Shown here piece after piece: positions 50,822 through 60,930 of a DNA stretch of 64,000 bases. The position numbers and the translations under genes are program-made. The notes below the pieces were generated by a model. The model ran no database searches and was not told the DNA's origin. It saw nothing but the letters and a program-made list of their open reading frames with translations. The DNA comes from Cellvibrionaceae bacterium (GTDB taxonomy: Bacteria > Pseudomonadota > Gammaproteobacteria > Pseudomonadales > Cellvibrionaceae), in the NCBI GenBank assembly GCA_021151615.1, contig JAGKXA010000002.1, positions 4,920-68,919 on the forward strand, given 5' to 3'. The stretch's first letter is position 1. Each line of letters opens with the position of its first letter.

Positions 50822-52336
50822 GTGAACAACCAGTATCCAATTCAGTCAATAATTATCGCAGGTGGCGGCACAGCTGGCTGGATGGTAGCGGCCAAACTAA
50901 GCCATCACTTCTCAAAAACAAATGTAACCATTACCGTTGTTGAATCCAGTGAAATTGGTACAGTGGGTGTTGGTGAAGCAACCATTCCTACTTTGCGCCG
51001 CTTTTATCAGTCACTGGGAATGGATGACATGGAAGTAATGCGCAAAACCAATGCGACGGTAAAACTGGGTATTGAATTCAAGGATTGGTATAAACCGCAC
51101 ACATCTTTTATTCATCCGTTTGGTTTGTTTGGTCAAGATGCCAATGGCATTCGATTCCATCATTATTGGATGAAAGTGCGTGAGCTGGGTGAAATCGCAC
51201 CACTAGAACAGTATTCACTAGGCATCGCTCTGGCGCGTGCCAACAAGTTTGAGTTTCCTGCAGAAAATCCATCGTCAGCGTTATCAGTATTTGATTGGGC
51301 GTTACATTTTGACGCAAGTTTATTTGGAAAACTAATGCGTGAATATGCAACTGCGCACGGTGTAATCCACAAAGACGCTAAAATTACAGCGGTAAATATA
51401 AATCCTGAAAATGGATTTATACAAAACTTACAACTTGATAACGAAGAAAAATTGCCTGGTGATTTGTTTATCGACTGTACCGGATTTCATGGATTATTAA
51501 TCAATAAAGCAATGCAGACCAGCTATATCGATTGGAGCCAATGGCTGCTGTGTGACCGCGCTATGGCGGTGCAATCGGAATTGGTGGGTGAGCCAGCGGT
51601 GCGCACCGTTTCAAAAGCCCATAGCAGTGGTTGGCAATGGAAAATTCCGTTACAACATCGCCAGGGCAATGGCCATGTGTATGCCAGTAATTTTATTGAT
51701 GATGAGCAGGCTGAGGCTACACTGCTACAGCATATTGATGGCAATGTTTTACATGCGCCGCGCAAATTCCAGTTTACTGCCGGGCGTCGCGCCCAGGCCT
51801 GGAATAAAAACTGTATTGCAATTGGCCTTGCTGCTGGTTTTCTGGAGCCCCTGGAAAGTACCAGCATTGCCTTGATTGAAACTGGCATTGAAAAAATTTG
51901 CGGGTCATTCCCTTATGCATTTTTCAATCAGGAAAAAATTGATCACTTTAATCAAGTGACTGCTACTGAGTGGGAGCGCATTCGCGATTTTATTATCCTG
52001 CATTACAAACTGAATCAGCGCGATGATTCAGAGTTCTGGCATTATTGTCGCGCTATGGCCTTGCCAGATTCGTTGCAGCAAAAAATTACTGCTTATAGTG
52101 AACAAGGGGATTTGTTGCATTACCCCTGGGAAATTTTTCATCCGGATTCCTGGCTGGCAATTTATAGTGGATTTAATCTCTATCCGAAAACATACAATAA
52201 AAATGTTGACCGACTAAATACCGCTTACCTCAAGCAAAGCTTGGCTGCTATGCGCAGTTCGATAGCGAATGCCGTTGCCGGTTTGCCGAGTCACCAGGAA
52301 TTTATTGATCAGCATTGCAAAATGTCCATGGCATAA
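50822..52336 (+). CDS. Tryptophan-halogenase-family flavoprotein 1
   Basis: GGGTAGW, GVGEAT, ATVKLGI, WQWKIP, EPLESTS. Confidence 0.93.
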   Translation: MNNQYPIQSIIIAGGGTAGWMVAAKLSHHFSKTNVTITVVESSEIGTVGVGEATIPTLRRFYQSLGMDDMEVMRKTNATVKLGIEFKDWYKPHTSFIHPFGLFGQDANGIRFHHYWMKVRELGEIAPLEQYSLGIALARANKFEFPAENPSSALSVFDWALHFDASLFGKLMREYATAHGVIHKDAKITAVNINPENGFIQNLQLDNEEKLPGDLFIDCTGFHGLLINKAMQTSYIDWSQWLLCDRAMAVQSELVGEPAVRTVSKAHSSGWQWKIPLQHRQGNGHVYASNFIDDEQAEATLLQHIDGNVLHAPRKFQFTAGRRAQAWNKNCIAIGLAAGFLEPLESTSIALIETGIEKICGSFPYAFFNQEKIDHFNQVTATEWERIRDFIILHYKLNQRDDSEFWHYCRAMALPDSLQQKITAYSEQGDLLHYPWEIFHPDSWLAIYSGFNLYPKTYNKNVDRLNTAYLKQSLAAMRSSIANAVAGLPSHQEFIDQHCKMSMA

Positions 52337-52348
52337 GGCAACCAGTTT

Positions 52349-53857
52349 ATGAAACGAACGGAAAACCCGCTGGGGTCCATTTGTATTGTTGGTGGTGGCA
52401 CGGCGGGCTGGATGGCGGCCAGTTTGCTAAGCAATATTTTGCAGGGCAGCAACACCAAAATAACCCTAATCGAATCAGCCGATATAGTGACTATCGGTGT
52501 CGGTGAAGCGACTGTGCCATCATTTATGGCCTTTTTGAAAGATGCTCGTCTGCCTGTTAAAGAATTTATGCAGGCGACAGCAGGCTCCATCAAACTGGGC
52601 ATTCGTTTTGAAAACTGGTATCAACAAAACCATCATTTTCTCCATCCTTTTGGCAAGATTGGTCGCAATATTGACGGTCATGAGTTTTATCAAATCTGGT
52701 TAAAAACCCTGGCCGATGGCAATACAACCCGCTGGGTAGATCATTCACCGTCAGGCATTATGTCGGAAGAAAACCGCTTCATGACCGAAATGCAATTGGC
52801 GAATACTCCGTTGGCCAATTACGGTTATGCCGTGCATTTGGATGCTGCCTATGCAGCGCGTCATATGCGTGAAATTACGCTGGAGCGCGGCGTGCAGCGT
52901 ATTGAAGGCACTGTGGCGAGTGTGCAAACGGATGAGCGGCAATTTATTCAATCGGTGCACCTCACCAATGGTCAAACCATTGAAAGTGATTTTTTTATCG
53001 ACTGTACCGGTTTTAAAGGCCTGCTAATTTCAGAAACCTTGAAAGTGGTTTATGAAGATTGGTCCAATTACTTGCCCTGTAATCGCGCGGTTGCCGTGCA
53101 AACAGAAAATGTGGGTGATCCACTCGCGTACACAGTGGCTTCCGCACGCGCCGCAGGGTGGACCTGGAAAATTCCATTACAGCATCGCACCGGTAATGGT
53201 TATGTCTTTGCCGGCGATTATTGCTCTGATGATGAGGCGATTAATACCTTACTGGGTGTTGTCGATGGCAAATTGATTAATGAGCCGCGCGTAATTCCTT
53301 TTGTAAGCGGTATGCGAAAAAAAATCTGGCATAACAACTGTTTGGCGTTGGGGTTGGCGTCCGGTTTTATTGAGCCATTGGAGTCTACTGCGATTCATTT
53401 GGTTTACCGGATACTGGTACATTTTATTCGCAATTATCCGGATCGGCATTTTGATTCAAACCTGGAACAACAATGTAATCGTGAGATTGCACGCGATTAC
53501 GTAGAAATTCGCGATTTTGTGATTTTGCATTACTGTACCACCAAACGCGATGACACCGCATTTTGGCGCTGGTGCCAGACAATGGAAATTCCTGAGAGTC
53601 TGCGTGAGAAGTTAGCGCAATTTAGTCATCGCGGGCAGTTACAGCATCACCCGGAAAATCTGTTTGGCGCAGACAGTTGGTATTCTATTTTAGAGGGAAT
53701 GAATATTCGCCCTGAAAAATATCATCCGCTGGTTGATGTGCTTGATAGCCAAAAATTGGCGCAATCCTTGAGTCAGGGAGCAAAGGCTATTCGCGATACG
53801 GTGATGAAATTGCCAACGCACGGAGATTTTCTTCGTCAACATTGTCCAACAGAATAA
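52349..53857 (+). CDS. Tryptophan-halogenase-family flavoprotein 2
   Basis: GGGTAGW, GVGEAT, GSIKLGI, WTWKIP, EPLESTA. Confidence 0.93.
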   Translation: MKRTENPLGSICIVGGGTAGWMAASLLSNILQGSNTKITLIESADIVTIGVGEATVPSFMAFLKDARLPVKEFMQATAGSIKLGIRFENWYQQNHHFLHPFGKIGRNIDGHEFYQIWLKTLADGNTTRWVDHSPSGIMSEENRFMTEMQLANTPLANYGYAVHLDAAYAARHMREITLERGVQRIEGTVASVQTDERQFIQSVHLTNGQTIESDFFIDCTGFKGLLISETLKVVYEDWSNYLPCNRAVAVQTENVGDPLAYTVASARAAGWTWKIPLQHRTGNGYVFAGDYCSDDEAINTLLGVVDGKLINEPRVIPFVSGMRKKIWHNNCLALGLASGFIEPLESTAIHLVYRILVHFIRNYPDRHFDSNLEQQCNREIARDYVEIRDFVILHYCTTKRDDTAFWRWCQTMEIPESLREKLAQFSHRGQLQHHPENLFGADSWYSILEGMNIRPEKYHPLVDVLDSQKLAQSLSQGAKAIRDTVMKLPTHGDFLRQHCPTE

Positions 53858-53883
53858 ATGTCTGGAAATAGGTTTATGCCAAT

Positions 53884-53986
53884 GCAGATTTCGATACAGT
53901 CCCCAAGATACGCCCTGAACCCATCCACGGGGCGCGTCATCAGCATTCCTGCTGCTGACGGGCGCATAAACTGCATCGAAATCTGC
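53884..53986. repeat. 103-bp nested palindromic element (MITE/REP-like)
   Basis: 17-bp terminal inverted repeats GCAGATTTCGAT(A/G)CAGT with one mismatch, plus inner stems. Confidence 0.65.
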
Positions 53987-54009
53987 CGCAAACACAGCGC
54001 GATTAATCA

Positions 54010-55539
54010 CTAGTCAAAATCCGGTGCAACACAATGCCTACGAATAAATTCGGCGTGGCTAATTGCGCTTTTTCCTACCTGATCCAGAGTCTGCTTTATT
54101 TTCGCTAACTGCTCGGCGATACTTTGGTCGCTAAAATGATCTATGCGATTATCCGTCCGCGCAGGAACAATTCCAAAACCGTGATAAATACTCAACCAAC
54201 TGGATTTTTCAAAAGCTTCGGGCTCGTGCTGTAAAATGTGGCCACTGCTTTTAAATAATTCAATTTTATGGGCGAGGCTTTCCGGAATTTCCATTGTCTG
54301 GCAATAGCGCCAGAATTCGGTATCGGTGCGCAGCGTGAGTTTGTAATGCAGCACGATAAAATCGCGAATACGCTCCATTTCATGTTGGTGGCGCCGATTC
54401 ACTTCCGCAATCATGGCAGGGTCAAAGGACATATCCGGGAAAAATGTCAGCAAGTGAGTAATGCCGGTTTGAATTAATGAAATGCTCGTACTTTCCAATG
54501 GTTCAATAAAACCGGATGCCAAACCCAGTGCATAACAATTTTTATTCCAGACTTTTTTGCGACGGCCGGCCTTAAATGTAAAGGGTTTTGGTGTGGTAAT
54601 TGGCTGCCCACGTATACTTTGTAATAAAGTCTCTTCAGCTTGTGCCCTATCCAGGAAGCGACTGCAAAACACATAGCCATTACCAGTGCGATGTTGCAGT
54701 GGAATTTGCCACATCCAACCGGCATCCAGCGCAGTAACCCGTGTGTAAGGTGCGGGCTCACCGGTATTTAGCGATTGCACTGCGACGGCGCCATCACACA
54801 GTAACCATTTCTGCCAGTCTTCGTAACCCGTGTTCAGGGTCTCTTCAATTAATAAACCTTTGAAGCCGGTACAATCAATAAATAAATCGCCCGCAATCAG
54901 CTCTCCATTATCCAGCAGCACTGATTCAATAAAGCCATCGCTTTCGCGCAGGTTTACTTTTTCAATTTTTTGGTCGATATGGGTAACTCCACGCGAAATA
55001 GACAGTTCACGCAATACCTTGGCATAGAGTGACGCATCAAAATGATACGCATAAGAGAAATCCGCCAGTGGGTTGTTAGGGGTTTCTTGCGGCTGGGCGA
55101 AATTATTGTGTTTGGCGAGTTGCGTCCCAATCGAATAATCATGTAAATCTGCAGTGGGATTATTTTTTTTCAAGCGATAAAAATAATGCTGGAATTCAAT
55201 GCCGCTGAAGTTAATGCCGTAATCCGCAAAGGGATGAAAGAACTTGTCACCGTGTGTGCGCCAATTTTCAAATTGAATGCCCAGTTTGAAGCTGGCCCGG
55301 GTTGCACGAATAAACTCCAGCTCATCAAGGCCGACTGAATTATTGAACTGCACAATACTGGGAATGGTAGCTTCGCCGACACCCACAGTGCCAATAGTCG
55401 TGGATTCGATCAGGGTAATATCAATGGGTCTGCTTTGGGCAAAACGCGAGAGGCTGGCTGCTGCCATCCATCCGGCAGTACCGCCGCCGACAATGACTAT
55501 TTTTTGAATGGGCGCATGTTGAACTGATGGGTGCGACAT
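54010..55539 (-). CDS. Tryptophan-halogenase-family flavoprotein 3
   Basis: GGGTAGW, GVGEAT, ASFKLGI, WMWQIP, EPLESTS. Confidence 0.93.
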   Translation of the reverse strand: MSHPSVQHAPIQKIVIVGGGTAGWMAAASLSRFAQSRPIDITLIESTTIGTVGVGEATIPSIVQFNNSVGLDELEFIRATRASFKLGIQFENWRTHGDKFFHPFADYGINFSGIEFQHYFYRLKKNNPTADLHDYSIGTQLAKHNNFAQPQETPNNPLADFSYAYHFDASLYAKVLRELSISRGVTHIDQKIEKVNLRESDGFIESVLLDNGELIAGDLFIDCTGFKGLLIEETLNTGYEDWQKWLLCDGAVAVQSLNTGEPAPYTRVTALDAGWMWQIPLQHRTGNGYVFCSRFLDRAQAEETLLQSIRGQPITTPKPFTFKAGRRKKVWNKNCYALGLASGFIEPLESTSISLIQTGITHLLTFFPDMSFDPAMIAEVNRRHQHEMERIRDFIVLHYKLTLRTDTEFWRYCQTMEIPESLAHKIELFKSSGHILQHEPEAFEKSSWLSIYHGFGIVPARTDNRIDHFSDQSIAEQLAKIKQTLDQVGKSAISHAEFIRRHCVAPDFD

Positions 55540-55836
55540 TACGTGGGTTCCTGCAAAAAGTTGTTACCGTTTTTATTGGGAGTCGCGCTAGAGTTGTTGG
55601 CCATCTGGGTGGCCTGATGGATTGGTATCATAGCCCAATGTCTGACTGGATGGGCAAAAAATAACGGTTGGTATAAACCAGCCCCTGTTGTGCGATAGCG
55701 AAATTTAATACTGCATAAGTGTGATTGTCGTTTGGTCTGTGACTGTGGGAAAATGAAAAAAATTATAGCTATTAAAACAGCGGGCATTTCATAAACCTGT
55801 GGTCGCTGGCCACATTTAAAATGCTACAGAAATCGT

Positions 55837-57351
55837 ATGAAAAAAATAGTGATTGTCGGCGGTGGTACTGCGGGCTGGATGAGTGCGCTGATTATGGCGC
55901 GCCAGTGGAACACCCGGAAGGTTCAGATCGAATTACTGGAATCGCCCGAAGTGGGGATTATCGGTGTGGGTGAGGGGTCTACACCTGCGCTGAAAGTATT
56001 TTTTGATTTGCTGGGCATTGCCGAAGCCGAGTGGATGCCCGCGTGCAACGCCACTTATAAGTGCGGCATCAGTTTTGAAAACTGGTCGACACGTGCGGGT
56101 TATGAGCGCTATTTCCATCCGTTTTCTGCTGCATTGGATCGCCAGACCTTACCCATGTTTATGCACAATGTGCAGGCGCGTCTGCGCGGTGCTGATCTTT
56201 ATGCCCATCCGGATCGTTTTTTTATTGCATCGCGCATCGCGCGCGAATGTCTGGCGCCGGTCGCGCCGGAAAATTTTCCCTTTGATGTTCACTATGGCTA
56301 TCACTTTGATGCCGTCTTGCTCGGGCAATTCCTGCGTAAAAAAGCCATTGCGCGCGGTGTTGTCCACCGTGTCTGCCATATCGCGCAGGTACAGCAGGAT
56401 GATGCAGGTAATATCGCCGCCCTGGTAACTGATACAGGTGAAGTGCACGCCGCTGATTTTTTTGTCGATTGCACCGGCTTTGCCAGTTTGCTGTTGCAAA
56501 AAACCTTGCAGACACCCTTTGTGAGTTACCGCAATAATTTATTGAATGATGCGGCGGTCGCCATGCCCTCGGATATCGGCGAAAAAATTCCCTCGGAAAC
56601 GGTTTCTGCGGCATTGAAAAATGGCTGGGCCTGGAAGATTCCATTAACCAATCGTTACGGCAATGGCTATGTATATAGCTCGCAATTTTGTTCCGCCGAT
56701 GAAGCCGAACACGAATTGCGTGCACGCTTGGGATTACTGGAGGCTGATATTCCGGTGCGCCATTTAAAAATGAAAATTGGTCGCGCGCAGGAGCACTGGG
56801 TAAAAAATTGCCTGGCGGTCGGTTTGTCGCAGGGGTTTATTGAACCACTGGAGGCAACCGCATTATTTTTAGTGCAGCAAACCGTCGCCATCTTTGCGGA
56901 AGATTTTATCCGCGGTGAATTTACTGATCGTTACCGCGCTGAATTTAATCAGCGCATCAATGGCCATTTTGATGGTGTGCGCGATTATATTGTCACCCAT
57001 TACAAAACCAGTTCACGCACCGATACAGAATATTGGCGAGCCAATACTGCCGATCAGCAGGATGTGTCGGAAATTATGTTGGAACTCTATAGCAGCTGGT
57101 TTGCGGGAAAAGATCTGGCGGCAGAGGTGCAGCGCCTGAATATTTCCAGTTATTACCCGGCGCCCTCCTGGTACTGCATTTTGGCGGGCATGGGCATTTT
57201 GCCCAAGGCCGATCAAGTACGTAAACCAACTGCAGAAGAAGCGCGTTTTGATTTATCCACAATGGATAATTTTTTACGCCGCTGCACGCTGAATTTTTCG
57301 GATCATCGAACGTTCTTGCTGCAGCAAGCTAATCAAACCTCGTCAAAATAA
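55837..57351 (+). CDS. Tryptophan-halogenase-family flavoprotein 4
   Basis: GGGTAGW, GVGEGST, ATYKCGI, WAWKIP, EPLEATA. Confidence 0.93.
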   Translation: MKKIVIVGGGTAGWMSALIMARQWNTRKVQIELLESPEVGIIGVGEGSTPALKVFFDLLGIAEAEWMPACNATYKCGISFENWSTRAGYERYFHPFSAALDRQTLPMFMHNVQARLRGADLYAHPDRFFIASRIARECLAPVAPENFPFDVHYGYHFDAVLLGQFLRKKAIARGVVHRVCHIAQVQQDDAGNIAALVTDTGEVHAADFFVDCTGFASLLLQKTLQTPFVSYRNNLLNDAAVAMPSDIGEKIPSETVSAALKNGWAWKIPLTNRYGNGYVYSSQFCSADEAEHELRARLGLLEADIPVRHLKMKIGRAQEHWVKNCLAVGLSQGFIEPLEATALFLVQQTVAIFAEDFIRGEFTDRYRAEFNQRINGHFDGVRDYIVTHYKTSSRTDTEYWRANTADQQDVSEIMLELYSSWFAGKDLAAEVQRLNISSYYPAPSWYCILAGMGILPKADQVRKPTAEEARFDLSTMDNFLRRCTLNFSDHRTFLLQQANQTSSK

Positions 57352-57387
57352 TTTTTTTGCAAGCCGGGTGCGAGAGTAAATTTTTTT

Positions 57388-57414
57388 AAAAAAAAGCCCC
57401 GCAGTAGCGGGGCG
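57388..57414 (-). terminator. Rho-independent terminator of TonB receptor 2
   Basis: Minus strand GCCCCGC-tact-GCGGGGC-TTTTTTTT. Confidence 0.9.
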
Positions 57415-57465
57415 AACAAAGGAGAGCAGATCATCAGCTGGGGGAATTACTTCCCCCGGTCATAC

Positions 57466-60405
57466 TTAGAACTTGGCGCGTACACCCAGGGTGTAACGGG
57501 CTTCATACACGTTTTGGTTAACCACTACGTCTTCCCATTGCATGTAAGTTTCTTCGTACTCTTCGGTGATGTTGGTGCCTTGCAAGTACACAGTCAGGTT
57601 GTCATTGATGTCATAGCTGACTGACGCATCCACATAAGTGGTTGGTGCTTGCCACCAGGCCGCCGGGCTACCGTCATTCCAGGCGCGACCAATAAAGCGC
57701 TCACTGCGATAGTTGTAGGCAACACGCGCTTGCCATTGCTCATACTCGTACCAAACTACGGCGTTAATCTGGTTTTCAGAATTGTCGGCCATTGGCATGG
57801 TTTTGCCGTAGAAGTCTTTCTCGCCACCGGTACCGTCAGTGAAGGTGTAGTTGATGGTAGTACCCAAACCGCTCCATGCACCTGGCAGGAAGTCGAAGGC
57901 TTGTTGGTAGCCCAGTTCCAAACCTTTCACTACGCCACCCTCGGTGTTGTCGCGCGTAGTCAGGTCGATAGTCTCGCCCGGTCTGCGGTTAACGCCATCG
58001 GAATCCGCAACGGTCGGGATTTGCACGGTGGTGGTGGCAATAGAGGTTTCTACATCCACACGGAATGCGCCCAGGCTGACCATACCGCTATCGCTGAAGT
58101 ACCACTCGTAGCTCAGGTCATAGTTGTCTGCACGCCATGGCTCCATGTAAGGGTTGCCGTTTTGTGAGGCGCTCACTACCTGGAACACGCCCAGTTCAGG
58201 GTTGTTGTTGGTGGTGTAGGTGCGGCCCAGCCCCAGGTCGTTGGCATCCAGTTGAGTCATGGTTTTTGAGTAAGCCAGACGCAGTTTGGTGTCATCGGTG
58301 GTATCAAAGGCGATATTGAAACGCGGCAGGAAGTCATTGAAGGTGCGCTCAACGACATCGCTGCTGGCGATAGTCGGTGCAACGCCATCCAGCGCCGGAT
58401 ACACAGTGCCGTTGACGGTCACTTTGGTGGTATCAACCGATGGAATGAATTGGGTGATATCCAGGCTGGTTTCAATGTATTGCATACCGAAGTTAGCCTG
58501 ATAAGGCAGGCCCGCTTCGCCTTCAAATGATCCCTGGAAGTAGAAAGTCTGGGTTTGGTCTTCAACGGTGTAGCTCTGCGCGCCGTCTTTCTGCTTCACG
58601 TTGCCCGGGTAGAGAGCTTCGTGGAAGGCAAACGCATTTTTCATGGCTTTGGGGTTGATGAAGTAATAACTATTGCCATCACTCGCAGGGCCAAAGTCAC
58701 TTACCTGATGGATATATCCCAAATCTTGCAATTCGGTGAACTTGAAGGTTTTGGCAATAGTATCGCCACCAGAAACGCCTGGAATACCGGAGTCTTTCCA
58801 CTTGGAATAAACGGTGACATTGTTACCGCTAGCGTCTTTCACCGTGAAAGGTGCGATCAGGTCATATTGGTTGCGCTCGATTTCACGATCGCCAAAGCGG
58901 TAGCCGAAATCTACTTTTACACCATCATCAAACTGGTAGGTACCGTCGAAACGGAATACGTCCAGGGTGGATTCTTCATCGCGGTTTTGATGGGAGAAGG
59001 CGGATACCAGTCCGTAGCTGTCGATGTCCTGGCCAAAACCTTGCGGGTATTGGATGCTGGGGTGATCACCGGAGAAATCGGCTACTACCGGTACGCGCTC
59101 GCCATTGGGGCCATAACCGCCCGGGTTAACTGGCGCTTTTACACCGCCGTAGCTGGTTTGCAGGCCGGATTGCATACCGCTGGTAATCAGCGCATCGGCG
59201 AAACTGCTGGTATGGTCGTTGGTGGCATTGCCATGGGCGTAGCGCACTGTACCGCTGAAGTTATCGTTGAAATCGATATTGGCTTGCAGGTTGAAGTTCA
59301 GGGACTCGCGGTCATCCATTTGGGTTTCGCCTTTGGCGATAACTCGCAGGGCTTCCAGATTGGTCACGGATGAGGTGTAGAAGTCTTTACCGTTACCACC
59401 CACGGCTTTACCACGATTAACCAGGGTATCCAGATCCGGATTTACCCAGTCATATTGCGCCCAGGAGTTGTCGGCGATCAGGCCGTTTACGTAATCGCCC
59501 TGGTCCATCTTGGTGTAGAACACATCGGCAACCAGCTCAATGCTGTCGTTCACCTGGAATTGCGCGGTACCGGAAATCCCGGTGCGCTCGCGCTCGGCGG
59601 TGCGGTTGGTTACGCCGTAATCGATGGTGCCGAATACCTGGTCATTGGTATCGCCATCGCCAGTGAGGTCAGCCGCAGTACCTTGCCCCGGCCAATCACC
59701 ATTCTCGTTATAGCCGCGGAACCACCAGTCGCTGTACATCCCGTAGCGGAAGTTCGCCAGGGTGGCCTTGGAGTTGGAAACGCTGAGCAAGGCGCCGAAG
59801 TTGTCGCCGTTGTTAAAGCCCGCGAAACCGGAAATTTTGTGACCGATATCGTCATCAGTGTATTTGCCCTGTGAGCCTTCTGCGGCACCGGCAAATGTCC
59901 AGCCATCATCCAGGTCGAAGGGACGGCGGGTTTTCAGGTCGATAGTACCGGCAACACCGGCGGCCAGCGTCGAGGCCTGGGCCGATTTCACTACGTCCAC
60001 GCGCGACAGCAATTCAGCCGGGATATCGGTGAAATCTGGTTGCGCGGTGGTGATCGAACCTGCGCTCAGGAATTGCTCGCCATTCAACAAGGTGCTGACC
60101 TGGGGCATACCGCGTACGTTAACGGTTGAGCCTTCACCCGCATTGCGGCGGATCTGGATACCTGGGACACGCTGCAGCGAGTCGGCGATGGTGGTATCGG
60201 GCAGTTTGCCAATGTCTTCGGCGCTGATGGCATCAACCACTGAACCTGAGTCGCGCTTAACGCTCACGGAGTTGGCTAACGAGGCCTTGATACCGGTAAC
60301 CACAACTTCCTCAACCTGATCCCCCTGGGCAAAGGCGGTGGTGGCAACACTGGCGGCGATGATGGTGGACAGTAACTTTCGGTTAAAACTTGCAGAAGTT
60401 TTCAT
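57466..60405 (-). CDS. TonB-dependent receptor (sugar type), homolog of 47649..50720
   Basis: EEVVVTG, ISAEDIGKLPDTTIADSLQRVPG, DLKTRRPFDLDDGWTFAG, C-terminal YEARYTLGVRAKF; GAGGA RBS. Confidence 0.97.
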   Translation of the reverse strand: MKTSASFNRKLLSTIIAASVATTAFAQGDQVEEVVVTGIKASLANSVSVKRDSGSVVDAISAEDIGKLPDTTIADSLQRVPGIQIRRNAGEGSTVNVRGMPQVSTLLNGEQFLSAGSITTAQPDFTDIPAELLSRVDVVKSAQASTLAAGVAGTIDLKTRRPFDLDDGWTFAGAAEGSQGKYTDDDIGHKISGFAGFNNGDNFGALLSVSNSKATLANFRYGMYSDWWFRGYNENGDWPGQGTAADLTGDGDTNDQVFGTIDYGVTNRTAERERTGISGTAQFQVNDSIELVADVFYTKMDQGDYVNGLIADNSWAQYDWVNPDLDTLVNRGKAVGGNGKDFYTSSVTNLEALRVIAKGETQMDDRESLNFNLQANIDFNDNFSGTVRYAHGNATNDHTSSFADALITSGMQSGLQTSYGGVKAPVNPGGYGPNGERVPVVADFSGDHPSIQYPQGFGQDIDSYGLVSAFSHQNRDEESTLDVFRFDGTYQFDDGVKVDFGYRFGDREIERNQYDLIAPFTVKDASGNNVTVYSKWKDSGIPGVSGGDTIAKTFKFTELQDLGYIHQVSDFGPASDGNSYYFINPKAMKNAFAFHEALYPGNVKQKDGAQSYTVEDQTQTFYFQGSFEGEAGLPYQANFGMQYIETSLDITQFIPSVDTTKVTVNGTVYPALDGVAPTIASSDVVERTFNDFLPRFNIAFDTTDDTKLRLAYSKTMTQLDANDLGLGRTYTTNNNPELGVFQVVSASQNGNPYMEPWRADNYDLSYEWYFSDSGMVSLGAFRVDVETSIATTTVQIPTVADSDGVNRRPGETIDLTTRDNTEGGVVKGLELGYQQAFDFLPGAWSGLGTTINYTFTDGTGGEKDFYGKTMPMADNSENQINAVVWYEYEQWQARVAYNYRSERFIGRAWNDGSPAAWWQAPTTYVDASVSYDINDNLTVYLQGTNITEEYEETYMQWEDVVVNQNVYEARYTLGVRAKF

Positions 60406-60537
60406 GCGTGCGTCCTCTAGTTTGTGCTTGTTATAAAAAACAAACCTGCTTTTCGAAGGCCGAAAAGGCAGGCTGTCTATCGGGATGATTTGGGTATCTA
60501 CGTACCCTTGGCATCCATTAAAACGGCGCAATCCTAG

Positions 60538-60759
60538 ATGTAAACGTTTACATTTTCAAACGATTTGTCATGAAGATATGGTAGGAATCACTGTTTTACG
60601 GGTGAAGTTATTTATTGTTATTTTTTGCGCCGCTGCGATTTATGTTTTTATCTTTATGAAAACAAAGGATTTTATTTTTTAATACTATTTGTATTGGTAA
60701 ATGAATAGTTGTTTTGTGCGCCAGTAAAAATAGCCGTAAATTTGCAAACGTTTACAAAT
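60538..60759. promoter_or_regulatory. Two LacI-type operators (TGYAAACGTTTACA)
   Basis: Perfect ATGTAAACGTTTACAT at 60538-60553 and near-perfect ATTTGCAAACGTTTACAAAT at 60740-60759. Confidence 0.8.
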
Positions 60760-60894
60760 CGCAGCTTTTAATGACAAATTTTCCGACAGTTTTTACGGCC
60801 TGGTTGTTATGGCCAGATTGGCCAATGTAGTCGGTATAAGCAGTTCACTTAGCTGCTTCATGGGCAAGCCATCTTGATATCTAGCATTTTAATA

Positions 60895-60917
60895 GTTATG
60901 TTATATTGTAACATTCT
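60895..60917. promoter_or_regulatory. Zur box
   Basis: GTTATGTTATATTGTAACATTCT, just upstream of a COG0523 gene. Confidence 0.85.
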
Positions 60918-60930
60918 ATTGAGGTGCTTT

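Noticed and set aside
50822..57351. Pyrrolnitrin/rebeccamycin-type biosynthetic cluster
   Set aside because: No prnB/C/D, flavin reductase or scaffold-building enzymes in the window
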